A DNA stretch of 63,828 nucleotides, the filler included, from Klebsormidium nitens (lineage: Eukaryota > Plantae > Klebsormidiophyceae), in assembly GCA_000708835.1 (NCBI GenBank). It is 3 parts of 3 records of this genome, joined end to end, with 100 filler letters (N's around TTAATTAATTAA, not from the genome) between each part and the next. Parts side by side here need not be neighbours in the genome. Positions count along the whole stretch, not along the records: positions 31,642 to 53,689 come from DF237900.1; positions 53,790 to 63,828 come from DF238201.1; 1 more part is not named here. The stretch is one strand, 5' to 3'. The notes below the pieces were generated by a model. It saw nothing but the letters and a program-made list of their open reading frames with translations, searched no databases and was not told the DNA's origin. Shown piece after piece: positions 51,601 through 62,166 of the stretch. Made by a program: the position numbers and the translations under genes. How positions within the stretch are numbered: position 1 is the first letter of the stretch; each line of letters starts with the position of its first letter.

Positions 51601-52790
51601 TGTATGGCGTTCCGAGCTGCCACGTGTACTGGGCCGAGGACAGAGGGTTTGAGGGAGCGAGGAGCAGCGCCCAGGCGATGCACGAGATCGGCAGAAACAT
51701 TGGCGGAAGTTTGAAACGCAGGCGTGATGACGTGGATTCTGACGAGGAGCCGAGAGCGAAACGGGGAGGCGATAACTCGGTAAGAGTCAAAAGACCTTGG
51801 TTTAGGTCGCGAGCGAATGAACCTCTTTTACGTTGAAGAAAAGAAGGCATTGTGACCTCAGTGCAAACACGTCACCCCCGTGTACGATTCCGAGCGTAGA
51901 CTTTGAACGCCTTTCTTTGTCGAAGGCTCCGTTGTTGTTTCTGTACTATTTTCTTTGATGTGTCGATGTTGGGCAAAAAACGCTTTTCTTTTTTGGTCTC
52001 GGCCAAGATGACAAGTTTGTCTGCAATCCTGCAGTGTGCCGGGGTTGCCCTGACGTTTCTACTTCTGGCTGCAGGGTTTCAACAACTGGAGGATTCAACC
52101 CCGGGGTCCCGTGAGTATTCGCATCGTGGGAGGGGAGGGGAACACTGCGAACAACAACTACTACAACAACAGCTTCTATGGAGGCAGGACCGATGTGCAT
52201 CAGACTCATAGAAGCCAGCATCCCAATGAAGCAGCTCGCGGCGACCGGTGAGGAGAGAAGCTTGAGATATGTATGCTTTCTCTCCTCTTGTTGTGGAAAA
52301 ACGTTCAAGCTTCGCTCCTCATTCGATGAGAGTGTTTAAAGCCCGGGGGCGTTCCGGCCTGCTTAGCCCAAGTGCAGGCCTGGGGTGAATGGATGCAGCT
52401 AGACGTAGATTAGCTTGTATTCTGGAATGACCAGTAGTAGTCAAAGCGATTATTTGAGCCTCTGTCTGCCGCGTACATGTCAGAATTTGCAGCACGTCTG
52501 CGATGATGACTCTACCCATCTTTGAAAGGCGCCTTTGGGTGTGTAGATGCAGTGTAGTGCTGGCCTCCCTCGCTTTAGTGCTTTGCTTGGGCCTGTTACC
52601 CGTGCCGCCAAAGTGATTTACTTGTGTCACATGCATTCTTTTAGTTCTCTCCGAAAAGGTGTGTTCTGAAGCTGCTAGACAATTGCAGGGAAAGTGCTCA
52701 AGAAAGTCAAGGCCGGGGACGGGCGGTCTTCGAGGCTGATATCAGCCCGGAAGAGTTTTTAAGGAACCAATAAATGGTAAGAAGGAAAAT
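48635..52790 (+). CDS. Uncharacterised multi-exon gene, possibly itself truncated; no recognisable domain
   Basis: Chain of GT-AG exons, phase-compatible from 49138 onward: 48635-48928; ~49138-49292; ~49559-49590; ~49636-49664; ~49868-49938; ~50157-50313; large exon 50935-51779 (ORF track 50970-51836); ~52076-52247 GFNNWRIQ...NNNYYNNSFYGG; ~52689-52773. Several splice sites are conserved in the paralog at 33-37 kb. The start codon and the first junction are uncertain. Confidence 0.55.
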
Positions 52791-53689
52791 GTCCGTTGTA
52801 AACGTCAAGAAGCTGGCTTATTGATGCTTTCTCTTGCACTCGAATGAGCTACGTCGTTGGACGGGTTAAGAGCGTGTCTGCCCTACTTATCCTGATTGGC
52901 TGATGCAATTCGCTTACCTGCAGGACAACCGAGGGCGACCGCAGGAACTTACCAACGTTGTAACGCGGGACTGGTTTTCTTGGTCCTTTGGATGAAGCCT
53001 GCGGATGATGTACAAAGGGAATCAACCGTCACTCTTAATTTGATCATGTTCGAGCTTTGCAATCCTGTTAAATATTTTGTCGGGCTCCAATAAAGCGGCA
53101 TCAGAGAACAGATATAGTCAAAGGCAAATTGTAAAGGAAACGATGTTACTTGTGACAATGTGTAATGGAAAGATCGAGTTACATGTTTTGTGCCCCAGAT
53201 TTGCCGTTTGACTCAATTTGATCATGTCCTTCTAGAGACGATGTCCTCGGTCCGGATCCTTGATTGCTGGGTGCACTCGGGGTGGTCAGCCACGTCTATC
53301 GATCATCGTCAGGGACACGTCTAATCAATGGCAGGGACAAAGAATGCATACGGTCTCTGTACGTTGATGCGTACCGACCAATACTAAGATTCCTCAATCC
53401 GTTCAAAGTTGGCGACACGAGTTTGCACCTGTCACGCTGTATGGGCTCGTTGCTGTGACGGCTCGGCTACACGTGCCAGTAATGCCTCATGCTAGTTACT
53501 AGAGCTTTCCGCCATTAGCTATATAGGGTTTTCACCCATCGCGACCATAGGGTTTTCTGTAAGTTGCATTGGCCCTGGGCCATCAATCTGCATGATCGCA
53601 TGAGAGTGGCGCTGAGCCACCCGGTTATCCGTCGCTCGTGACCGTGGTTGAGCCACGTCCACCCGGCGTGCACTTTAGTGCCCGGCTGT

Positions 53690-53789
53690 NNNNNNNNNNN
53701 NNNNNNNNNNNNNNNNNNNNNNNNNNNNNNNNNTTAATTAATTAANNNNNNNNNNNNNNNNNNNNNNNNNNNNNNNNNNNNNNNNNNNN
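53690..53789. other. Assembly gap with artificial TTAATTAATTAA linker
   Basis: N44-TTAATTAATTAA(53734-53745)-N44. Confidence 0.95.
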
Positions 53790-56700
53790 GGCCCTCACGC
53801 TTTCGACTGGCAGGGGTCCTTGCATGATCACGGAGGGTCCGTCCACACCCCGCCCCCGTCGGTGCCACTGGTCCGAGACCCGCTCCTCCGTCGACTGCTC
53901 TGGCAAGCGCCGCTCGCCTCGCCTGTTGTGCTGTCAACGCGGCCCAGTAGCGGTCTCGTGGTGAGGGGCCCGAGCCCGGGCGTCCTCTCTTCGACCGTCT
54001 GCTTGTGCCCCCGAACTGCATCCCTAAACTTTGTCGACGGCTTTGTAGGCGTTGACGGCGGTCTTGTCCGCTGGCATGTGTTCTGCTGGCCGTTCAACAT
54101 TCCCCGGGCACGCGTCACTTGGCACGGAACCCAAGCCAATCAGTAGCTCAGAGGCCCTATGCTTTGGGGGATCGCTCGAGGGATGGCCACTCAGGATGAC
54201 AAGACGCACTTCAGCAAGCCGAGACCACGCTGAAATGGCTGGCCCACCATCAGATCAGTCAGGTGTGGCGTACAGGAAAACGAGCAACAACCCCTGCTCG
54301 GCAAGAGTAGCAATTCGACGGGGCACATTTTGGCAGTCCCTTGTGCGCCAGCGCTAAAACTCACGCACCCACAGCTGCAACGGAGCAACGGTGCATGCTT
54401 AAGCAGGCGCAGCTGAACTTGTGTGCTCTCACCCTGGCGGCGAACGTCCTGGCTGCAACTGCCAGCTGAGCCGCTGCCGCGCGCTGTGGATTGGTCCCCG
54501 CAGAGGGGCCTCCTGCCTCGCGTCCGACATCGCCGGTTGCCGACAGACGCCCCCCCCAAACCTTTCGCTCGTGCGGCTCGAGTTCCTCTGCAAGCCGGCG
54601 CGCGTCCCACTCTTCACCTGGCCAACCCTCACCTGGATGTGTTGGTGGAGGAGACGTAGCCCGGTTTCCCAGTCCCGGCTAGCCTGCGCGCATGACGGAG
54701 TGGTGCAAAGTCAGGCAAACTAAGGGTTGGCAATGTTGTCGGTATATATACTCGGTAATAGAAGGTACGCAAGCTTGGATCGCCAAAGTACAGCACGGCT
54801 CTTTCAACTCACCGCCTGCTATTTCTCCAGGACAGGAAGTCCTGCAAATAGGGTGACACGAGTACAAGCATTCATTGACAAATGGCCTGCAGAAAAAGAA
54901 TCAAGATTGCTTGCAAAAAATGGTCCAACAAACAGACTCGTCCGGGAAAGAAGATGCCTAAACCGCTCGGTCCCTCGCAACAGACAAAGCCGCTCTCAGA
55001 CAACGGGGCCATGAGGTGGTACGGATCGTGACGGAAGCAGAGGGATCGGGAATCCGAGTTCACGAGTCTTTAGTGGAGAAGGACCGGACAAGAAGCGTAG
55101 AGGTTGAAAGAGAAAAGCAGGCATCAGACGCCCGCAACGATACTGTGCATGGTGTTGCAGAAGACCCGCGGCAGGGGAGGGGCCCGGGGGGCGGGAGGAG
55201 ATTCTGAGCAGGCTTCGAGGTCAGCACCGAATGGGAGCCTGCAGTGGTGTCTGCAGCATCTTGAATCGGGAGGGGGCGCGCGGCACTTAGCAATTTAGGC
55301 GGCTCACGCCGCAACGAGGAGCTCACCCAGAAGGCGGCCAGTGTCGTCGGCGCTGTCTGCATGGGGGGGCGGGGACCGTTTGCGCATGTCGACGGCCAAC
55401 AACCATACCCCATCCGCCCTCCCGGGTGGGTTGGAGGGACCAGGTCCGTACACTGCGTGAAGAGGTCCGGTGGACGGTATGGGCCAGAGACGCACGCGCT
55501 GTGTGCCGGCGGCGTCGAGGCGCTCGACAACGGGGGGGCGGCAAGCCGCTCTGCGTCCAAGACGGGCCTGCATCGACATGGCCACAGTGCCAGCATGAGT
55601 GATATTCTTCTGGCGCATGCCGCCGACCAACCACTCGAATTCGAGCTATTCCGGTCAATAGCGATTGGGGGTGCACCGCACTCCCGGCCACACGGACGAA
55701 GAGTAGAGCGGAACAGATGCAAGAGGGGGAGTGTTTGAACAGGAATCGCCACCGAGCTGACAACTTCTCCGGGCACTCATCTGAAAACGATGGACAACTT
55801 CCCCTACAATTTGGAAGCCTTCGAAACAGTAGGAGCGACTTGCTGAGTAACATACACTAAGTGCCCAAGCCATGGGCATCATCTGCGAGGAAATAGACTC
55901 GGCTTCATAGGGGACGCGCGGGCGGGACACGCACTAAACACGAGGGGTCAGACGAGCGGACGGGCGGGTAATATGCGCCGGACAAGTGTCTGCCGCGGAC
56001 ATGCTGCGCGAGCACTTTGTCGAGGGACACCTCCTGGCCCAAGTCGTCGTCCGCCGAGTACTGCCTCCCGTGAATTGAATCGGGGCTGAGAGGATCCTGG
56101 CATGGTCGAGCCGAGAGAACCACATTTAACAAGCGGATCAACAAGCGATCAGTTGGTTGGAGGGGAAGTCAAAGGGTGGGAGCCAGAGACAGTAATCTCG
56201 CGAGAGCCTGTCCCTAAAGTACTTTTATAGAACCGATAAGACCCTAGCTGCTCGATGAAGTGAGGCCCTAATCCTGTCTAGAGGCGATGCCCTTGAAGAC
56301 AGGTGCCTAACCCCTCATTACACTATCGACGAGGCCGACCCCACTATCGACCTGGAGCGATGCCGCGCAATCCGCAGCACGGTCTCATCGGTCCCCATAG
56401 GCGGCTCGCTGGCAGCAAGCCGGCCCTCCGCCCCGCTTGCCCGAAATCGGTGCTTGCGCCGCCGCTCCACTAACCTGCGCGCCAGAAAGTACAATGAGCT
56501 GACTCCCGGGATCCCGGAGGGCAAACGAGATGCTGAGCAAGGAGCTAAACATCGAGGAAAGCGCCAATTCAAGCCACGTCCAGCGCTCGCACGAAAACGT
56601 GCTCCTACAGGACCGCAGTCCGTAGACACAATCGGTGCCTTTCTGGTGAGAGCACGCATCTCACGCCGCGCAAGGGCTCGGGTAGCTCGCGCCGCGTCGG

Positions 56701-58340
56701 GCGATGTCACAATGGTCGACGGCGTATCCTCAAAGCCCGCAGCAGCTTCGGCATCGGCTCTGCGGCGCTTGTCCTCGACGGGATGTGCAGCGAACATGAT
56801 TGCCTCGGGGTCGCCGCATGAGGGGGCGGGCTCTGCACGAGACGGTGGCTGTTAGTGGCTGTCAGCAAAACGAGTAGAAATGTGGGAGGAGTTTAAGAGC
56901 GGGGCGACCATCATGGTACGCAGTGGCAGCGGGACTCCCGTGCACGAGGACGCACCGGAACAGCGGCAACTATCATGCACGCGCCACCCGCGCTGGAAAA
57001 ACGAACGGCAGCACTACACCCTGGATCCACTCACCGGGCTGGCCACCAGCGCGGGCGCCGACGCTCGCGGCTGCACTGATGGCGAGTGGGTGAAGGTACT
57101 ATCCAAGTTCTGCTCCTCAGCTTGAGGGGGGCGCCTCGCGACGCACTCCCACGGTCGTGCGGCTCCCGGTACCTTCCAACATTTGTACTCCAAGAGCCAC
57201 GGCATGTCGTACCTGCAGCGCATTTTTGCAAGTTTAGGAACTTGCACTATGTTCTGGAACTCGCGCGTGGAAGGTCTTGTAGCCGGTCAGTGACGATCTC
57301 GCCTCAATCGGGGCGGTCCTGCAAACAGTATTGCCAGGCCAAGCCGAGGGTTCCGCAAAATTCGTCGATTTCGAGCAACGATGACGTAATAAGCACGTCG
57401 ACGAGCCGTGGTCAAGACGCGCGTACGAACTCCGGACCACGCTCCGCTTCTCACCGCTTGACCCGCGCCGGACCGGTGAGGCAAGGGGACTCGTACGTCC
57501 GTGGCGCGTCACGTGTCGGCCCGTGGAGGCGGGACCAGAGCTCCGCAAACCGAGAGTCAGACAGGGCATCAGCGATGATGCCCTTGGGAAGGTCCGTCGG
57601 TTCAAACTTGTCCCTGGGGATCTGCTCCTCCAGGGCGCCGACGAAGAGTCCGGGTATGACAGGGGGCCGTCCTTTGACCAGACCAAGGCGGCCACGGCGA
57701 TGCCCCCACCGTTGGACCTCGCGGCGGCGCGGACGGACGCGGCGTACCTGGGAGTCGCAAGCGTGCGATCGTGTGCACGTCGCTGATGCCGAATAGCGCC
57801 ACCCGATGCGGGTCGCCGCCCAGCGCCGCAACCTGCGTGCGAATGAGACTCTTGGCCTCCTGGCCTCCTCGCTCTCCATGGGCCTCGGGAGCCGGACGCG
57901 GCCCTGGAGTCTGCGCTGAGTGCTGCCCTGCTGCAGTCCTCCACAAACGCCTCTGGCTAGCAATTCCTCGGGGAGGAGGGCTTTGGCGTTCCTAACCCAT
58001 GGCTGGTAACACACGACCACGAGCTCCCACGCCCGACGGAGCTCGATGCTCATGCGGAGCCCGCAATGCGCGAAAATGAGCTCCGGAGCCACCTCCCCCG
58101 CCAGCGGGGAGGCGAAGCAGACGCGGGCCTCCTTGTGAGTCTCGTGCGGCTCGATCGTGAAGGTCACAATACCGTCGCCCCGCGAAAAAAGGACGATCCG
58201 GCTCCCAAACATCCCTAGGAGGGCCTTGATCACGCATTCGAGCGCCTCATCAGTCCAGGTGTTCGAGAGCCCCTTCAAATGCACCCACCAACGCTGACCA
58301 GTTGTATATGTCCCGAGACCTAGCGGGGTCCTCGTCACGG
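53790..58340 (-). mobile_element. Possible highly decayed non-LTR (L1/Tx1-like) retrotransposon
   Basis: GC-rich segment without clear exon structure. The ORF at 58338-57451 (WVHLKGLSNTWTDEALECVIKALLGMFG) loosely resembles an RRM-like ORF1. Near 54130-54024 the sequence reads LIGLGSVP..GNV...VNAYKAVDKV, loosely like RT motifs GFVPGR..DNV and D..KAFD.V. Resemblance is by eye only and weak. Confidence 0.3.
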
Positions 58341-59582
58341 CTGTCTACATGCGAGGAGGTAGGGCTCGCCGCGGGCCTGGGAGGCAGGCCCTGAGCAGGG
58401 ACGAACGCTGGGGCCCAAAGCGACAAGGGTAGTCGGTTTCCGGGCGGCACGGGAGCTGGATGTGCCGTCACGTGGTTCGTGGAGACTCTCCATCCTGCAG
58501 ACGGGACGGGCGTCGCCGGTGAGCGGACATTGCCTGGTAGTCGATCGGTGACCGCAACCGCGCCACAGAAGTCGAAACGCGACGATGGGGTAGCCGCCCC
58601 CCCAATTTCAAGAGGCCGCCCACTGGGGACTGCATGCGACGCTCGTGTCCAACCACACTGACCCACCGGCAGATCCCATACAACAATGTTCCTAGAGAAT
58701 CAGGATCGCCCGTGGCAGTCGCTTGGAATCTGCGGACGCATCGACGCGCACAGGCTGGTAACAACGAATGTTCCACCCGGGTGCTCACCGGCGACCGGCG
58801 GATGCACCGCCCGAGACTTCCACGCTGGGCCGGTAGTGAAGTGTGCAAACGGCGCGGGCCGCGGTGCCTGCGCATGCAGTGGCACCGAATGTGAGAGTGG
58901 CCAGTGTTGCGTGCGGATACGATCCGAGCATCTGGCTGAAGACGAGTTGAAAGCAAGCGCCTTTCAAGTAAGCACAACTACTAGAAATGAGTCTCCACAA
59001 CATGACTTTCTTCAAGGTCATAGCTAGGCCTCGGAATTAGCTAGCCTACCACGGTTTCCGACCGTACTTACTAATCCACGGCCTATATGAGGCCGAATCC
59101 CGATCAACGATTCACCGGAATTGTTCCCTCATCCTATGGAAAAAATTGGCACACTTTGTACCAATTCCCTAATCCGCCAATATCCAATCTAACGGCCTAC
59201 ACAATTTGGTACAATTCAAACCCGGACGTAACAATCTAGACCATCGATACTCAATCTAACGAGCAATCTAAAATCGTGCCAATTCGTGCCAACTCGGACC
59301 ACCTCGGTACCAATATCCTACCGTCGATTTTGGAGATAAGACTCGACTCCGAACTCGCGAAGCGTACTGTCGATATTCCGACCTCAAATTACAATCGAAC
59401 GGCTACGAACTTACGTTGGGCGTAAGTAGCTTAGTAATTCCGCCTAAATCCAACAGTGCGTGTGTTGCTCGTAGGATGCATAGCTGCCATCAATAAGAGA
59501 TGAGCAGGGATATTGGGCACGTCACAATAACCCAAATAACAAGTCAACTACATCACGAGTTTCTCACCATGAGTTCCAAAAG

Positions 59583-61115
59583 GGTTATAGGCCCAAAACG
59601 CTTGGTTGTGAAGTGGACGCATGGTTTCAAATCTGGTTCTCTAGAGAGTGATGTTAAAACGCTTGTGCCAGTGAGCTTGTGAGAATTTGCTTTCTTTGTG
59701 TCCAAGGAACAATGTAGGTAGTTGAAATGGCGGAAGAAAGTTTGTCGATCCCGTGGTTGTGTGGTAAGAATTGGTAAACGTGAAGGCCATGTTCTGTAAT
59801 CTTCTAGCATACAAGGGATGGTTGTGTGCACTAGAGAGCCGAAGTCCGTTGAAGGAAGGACATTGTCTAGCCAAGCAAGAGGGCTGATGCTGATCCACAC
59901 AAAAGATGCGTATCCAAGAATACCCCAGTTGAGGGTAACCCACCGCGGCAAAAGCGTGGAAAAAATTGAAAGCCAAATTTGAGAAAATGAGCAATGCGCA
60001 GCATGATTCAGCCCAAGAGGAATTTAACACGTCTAAAGTTGAAAGCCAGGCAGATTACTTAGGGAAGCTCCGGGAGCTCAAGCTAAATTCGAAAGGGGGC
60101 GAGATAAACTAGCTCAGAGCATGAACTGGCAGTGCACGCTTCAGAGGGTTTGCTCAGGAGTATGCCAACCCTTGTGGATGTGTTCGAGCTTTGGGGACGA
60201 AGAGCTAACTCTGTTGAGATTCGGGCATTTAGTGTGCACGCGATCTCTTGGGTGACGTCGACGGGAGTTCGACGATAACCGGTAGTTAGCGGTTGGCGGT
60301 TAAATTAGCGGTTGGCGGTTAAATGCGCGCTGGTTACAGCGTTACACCCGAATGACTTATTCAGTAACCGCCGTAATGAGTAGGTTGGATAATAGCCGTA
60401 GATATTCAGATTTGCGCGAGATTCCGGACTTGCTTATCCGCGATCAACTGAGCCTACTAGGCTATCAGTGTAGACCTAGACTAGGAGTGTGACTCTAGGT
60501 AGTGTGACTCTAGAGTAGCGCCGCTAGACTCCGAACACTCCATATGTATTGTGTGAACTTGATCATTCGATCAATCATTCCAAACAACGCCGTGTTTCAA
60601 CAAACCCGAGATGAGATTCAGGCAGAGCTACTGCGGAAGCTAAAGTTGAGGGCTAAAAGCGAAGGTTTTGAAGGGGATTCCGGGTGGGGATGAAATTGCG
60701 TATGGCGCCAAGCATAGGGCTATTCGAGCTTTGAAAAGGGCCGGCCAGAGAAGCTTCAACGAGCTAGGAAGAAGCTCGGAAGTGAGAGGCGGAAGCTCGA
60801 ACCCGCCAACGTAATATTGTTGTGGCAAAATGCGCCGCATGGAAGCAGAGTACAGGTTGCGCGATGGTGTGCTGCATTTGCGCAAGAGGGGCCACACAGA
60901 AGCGATGTGTAGGCAGACCCAGAGCGCGCGCGCAAGTTGTCGCGCAGAGTAACGAGAGTATGCAGGGGATGCAAACGGAGTAGCTTATATGGCTGGGGCT
61001 ACGACGGATATGTGCGCAAAGGGGTGTGAATTGTCGACACGGGCACCATCCAGCATGTTACGGCCAGTCGGATCCAATTCCCAATTTACAAAAAGCTCGT
61101 CGCGTGACGGGAAAA
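59583..61115 (+). mobile_element. Decayed Ty1/copia internal region (PBS, gag, zinc knuckles, protease), interrupted by LTRs
   Basis: PBS-like GGTTATAGGCCCA at 59583-59595. Gag (UBN2-like) ARGLMLIHTKDAY...AKAWKKLKAKFEKMSNA at ~59875-60000. A CCHC knuckle CCIC-KRGHTEAMC (frameshifted) lies at ~60870-60910. Protease motif *(W)IVDTGTIQHVT at 61027-61062. Confidence 0.8.
60212..60602 (+). mobile_element. Solo LTR (copia-type), 391 bp
   Basis: Starts TGTTGAGA and ends TTTCAACA. Flanked by AACTC/AACCC (4 of 5 TSD match). The host gag frame resumes across it (EELT|RDEIQAELL). Homologous to 61116-62166 and 62723-63658. Confidence 0.85.
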
Positions 61116-62166
61116 TGTTGAGATACGGGCATTTAGGGACCGAATCTCCNNNNNNNNNNNNNNNNNNNNNNNNNNNNNNNNNNNNNNNNNNNNNNNNNNN
61201 NNNNNNNNNNNNNNNNNNNNNNNNNNNNNNNNNNNNNNNNNNNNNNNNNNNNNNNNNNNNNNNNNNNNNNNNNNNNNNNNNNNNNNNNNNNNNNNNNNNN
61301 NNNNNNNNNNNNNNNNNNNNNNNNNNNNNNNNNNNNNNNNNNNNNNNNNNNNNNNNNNNNNNNNNNNNNNNNNNNNNNNNNNNNNNNNNNNNNNNNNNNN
61401 NNNNNNNNNNNNNNNNNNNNNNNNNNNNNNNNNNNNNNNNNNNNNNNNNNNNNNNNNNNNNNNNNNNNNNNNNNNNNNNNNNNNNNNNNNNNNNNNNNNN
61501 NNNNNNNNNNNNNNNNNNNNNNNNNNNNNNNNNNNNNNNNNNNNNNNNNNNNNNNNNNNNNNNNNNNNNNNNNNNNNNNNNNNNNNNNNNNNNNNNNNNN
61601 NNNNNNNNNNNNNNNNNNNNNNNNNNNNNNNNNNNNNNNNNNNNNNNNNNNNNNNNNNNNNNNNNNNNNNNNNNNNNNNNNNNNNNNNNNNNNNNNNNNN
61701 NNNNNNNNNNNNNNNNNNNNNNNNNNNNNNNNNNNNNNNNNNNNNNNNNNNNNNNNNNNNNNNNNNNNNNNNNNNNNNNNNNNNNNNNNNNNNNNNNNNN
61801 NNNNNNNNNNNNNNNNNNNNNNNNNNNNNNNNNNNNNNNNNNNNNNNNNNNNNNNNNGGTTTTAGGATCACGACGTCGACGGTAATTCGACGGTAACTAG
61901 AAGTTACACGGTTACACGGTTTAATGCGCGCGGGTTACAGCGTTACACCCGAATGACTCGGCGATAACCGTCGATACTGTGTAGGTTCGATAATGGCCGT
62001 AGATGTACGGTATAGAGTGAGATTTTCGGACTTACTAGGTGACGGTCCACTGAGCCTACTAGGCTAGAGTGTACATCTAGAGATAGGCTGTTACTCGGAA
62101 CACTCCATTTACATTGTGTGAACTTACTTGATTGAATATCACTTCCAACAACGCTGTGTTTCAACA
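61116..62166 (+). mobile_element. LTR of the same family, split by a 708-N gap (61150-61857)
   Basis: TGTTGAGATACGGGCATTTAG before the gap; GGTTACAGCGTTACACCCGAATGAC...ACAACGCTGTGTTTCAACA after it. The flanks (GAAAA/AGTCC) do not form a TSD, so the two parts may belong to different LTR copies. Confidence 0.7.

Noticed and set aside
54732-54930. TGTTG...CCAACA-bounded 200-bp segment resembling a small solo LTR
   Set aside because: The flanks (GGCAA/AACAG) are not a TSD, and there is no second copy in the window.
58900-59582. Candidate 5' LTR(s) of the plus-strand copia element (CCAACA at 59455, repeated CAATCTAA motifs)
   Set aside because: No matching TG start, TSD or partner LTR was found, so the boundaries are unsupported.
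60989-61885. Long ORFs of 298 and 261 aa
   Set aside because: They consist almost entirely of N-gap translated as X.
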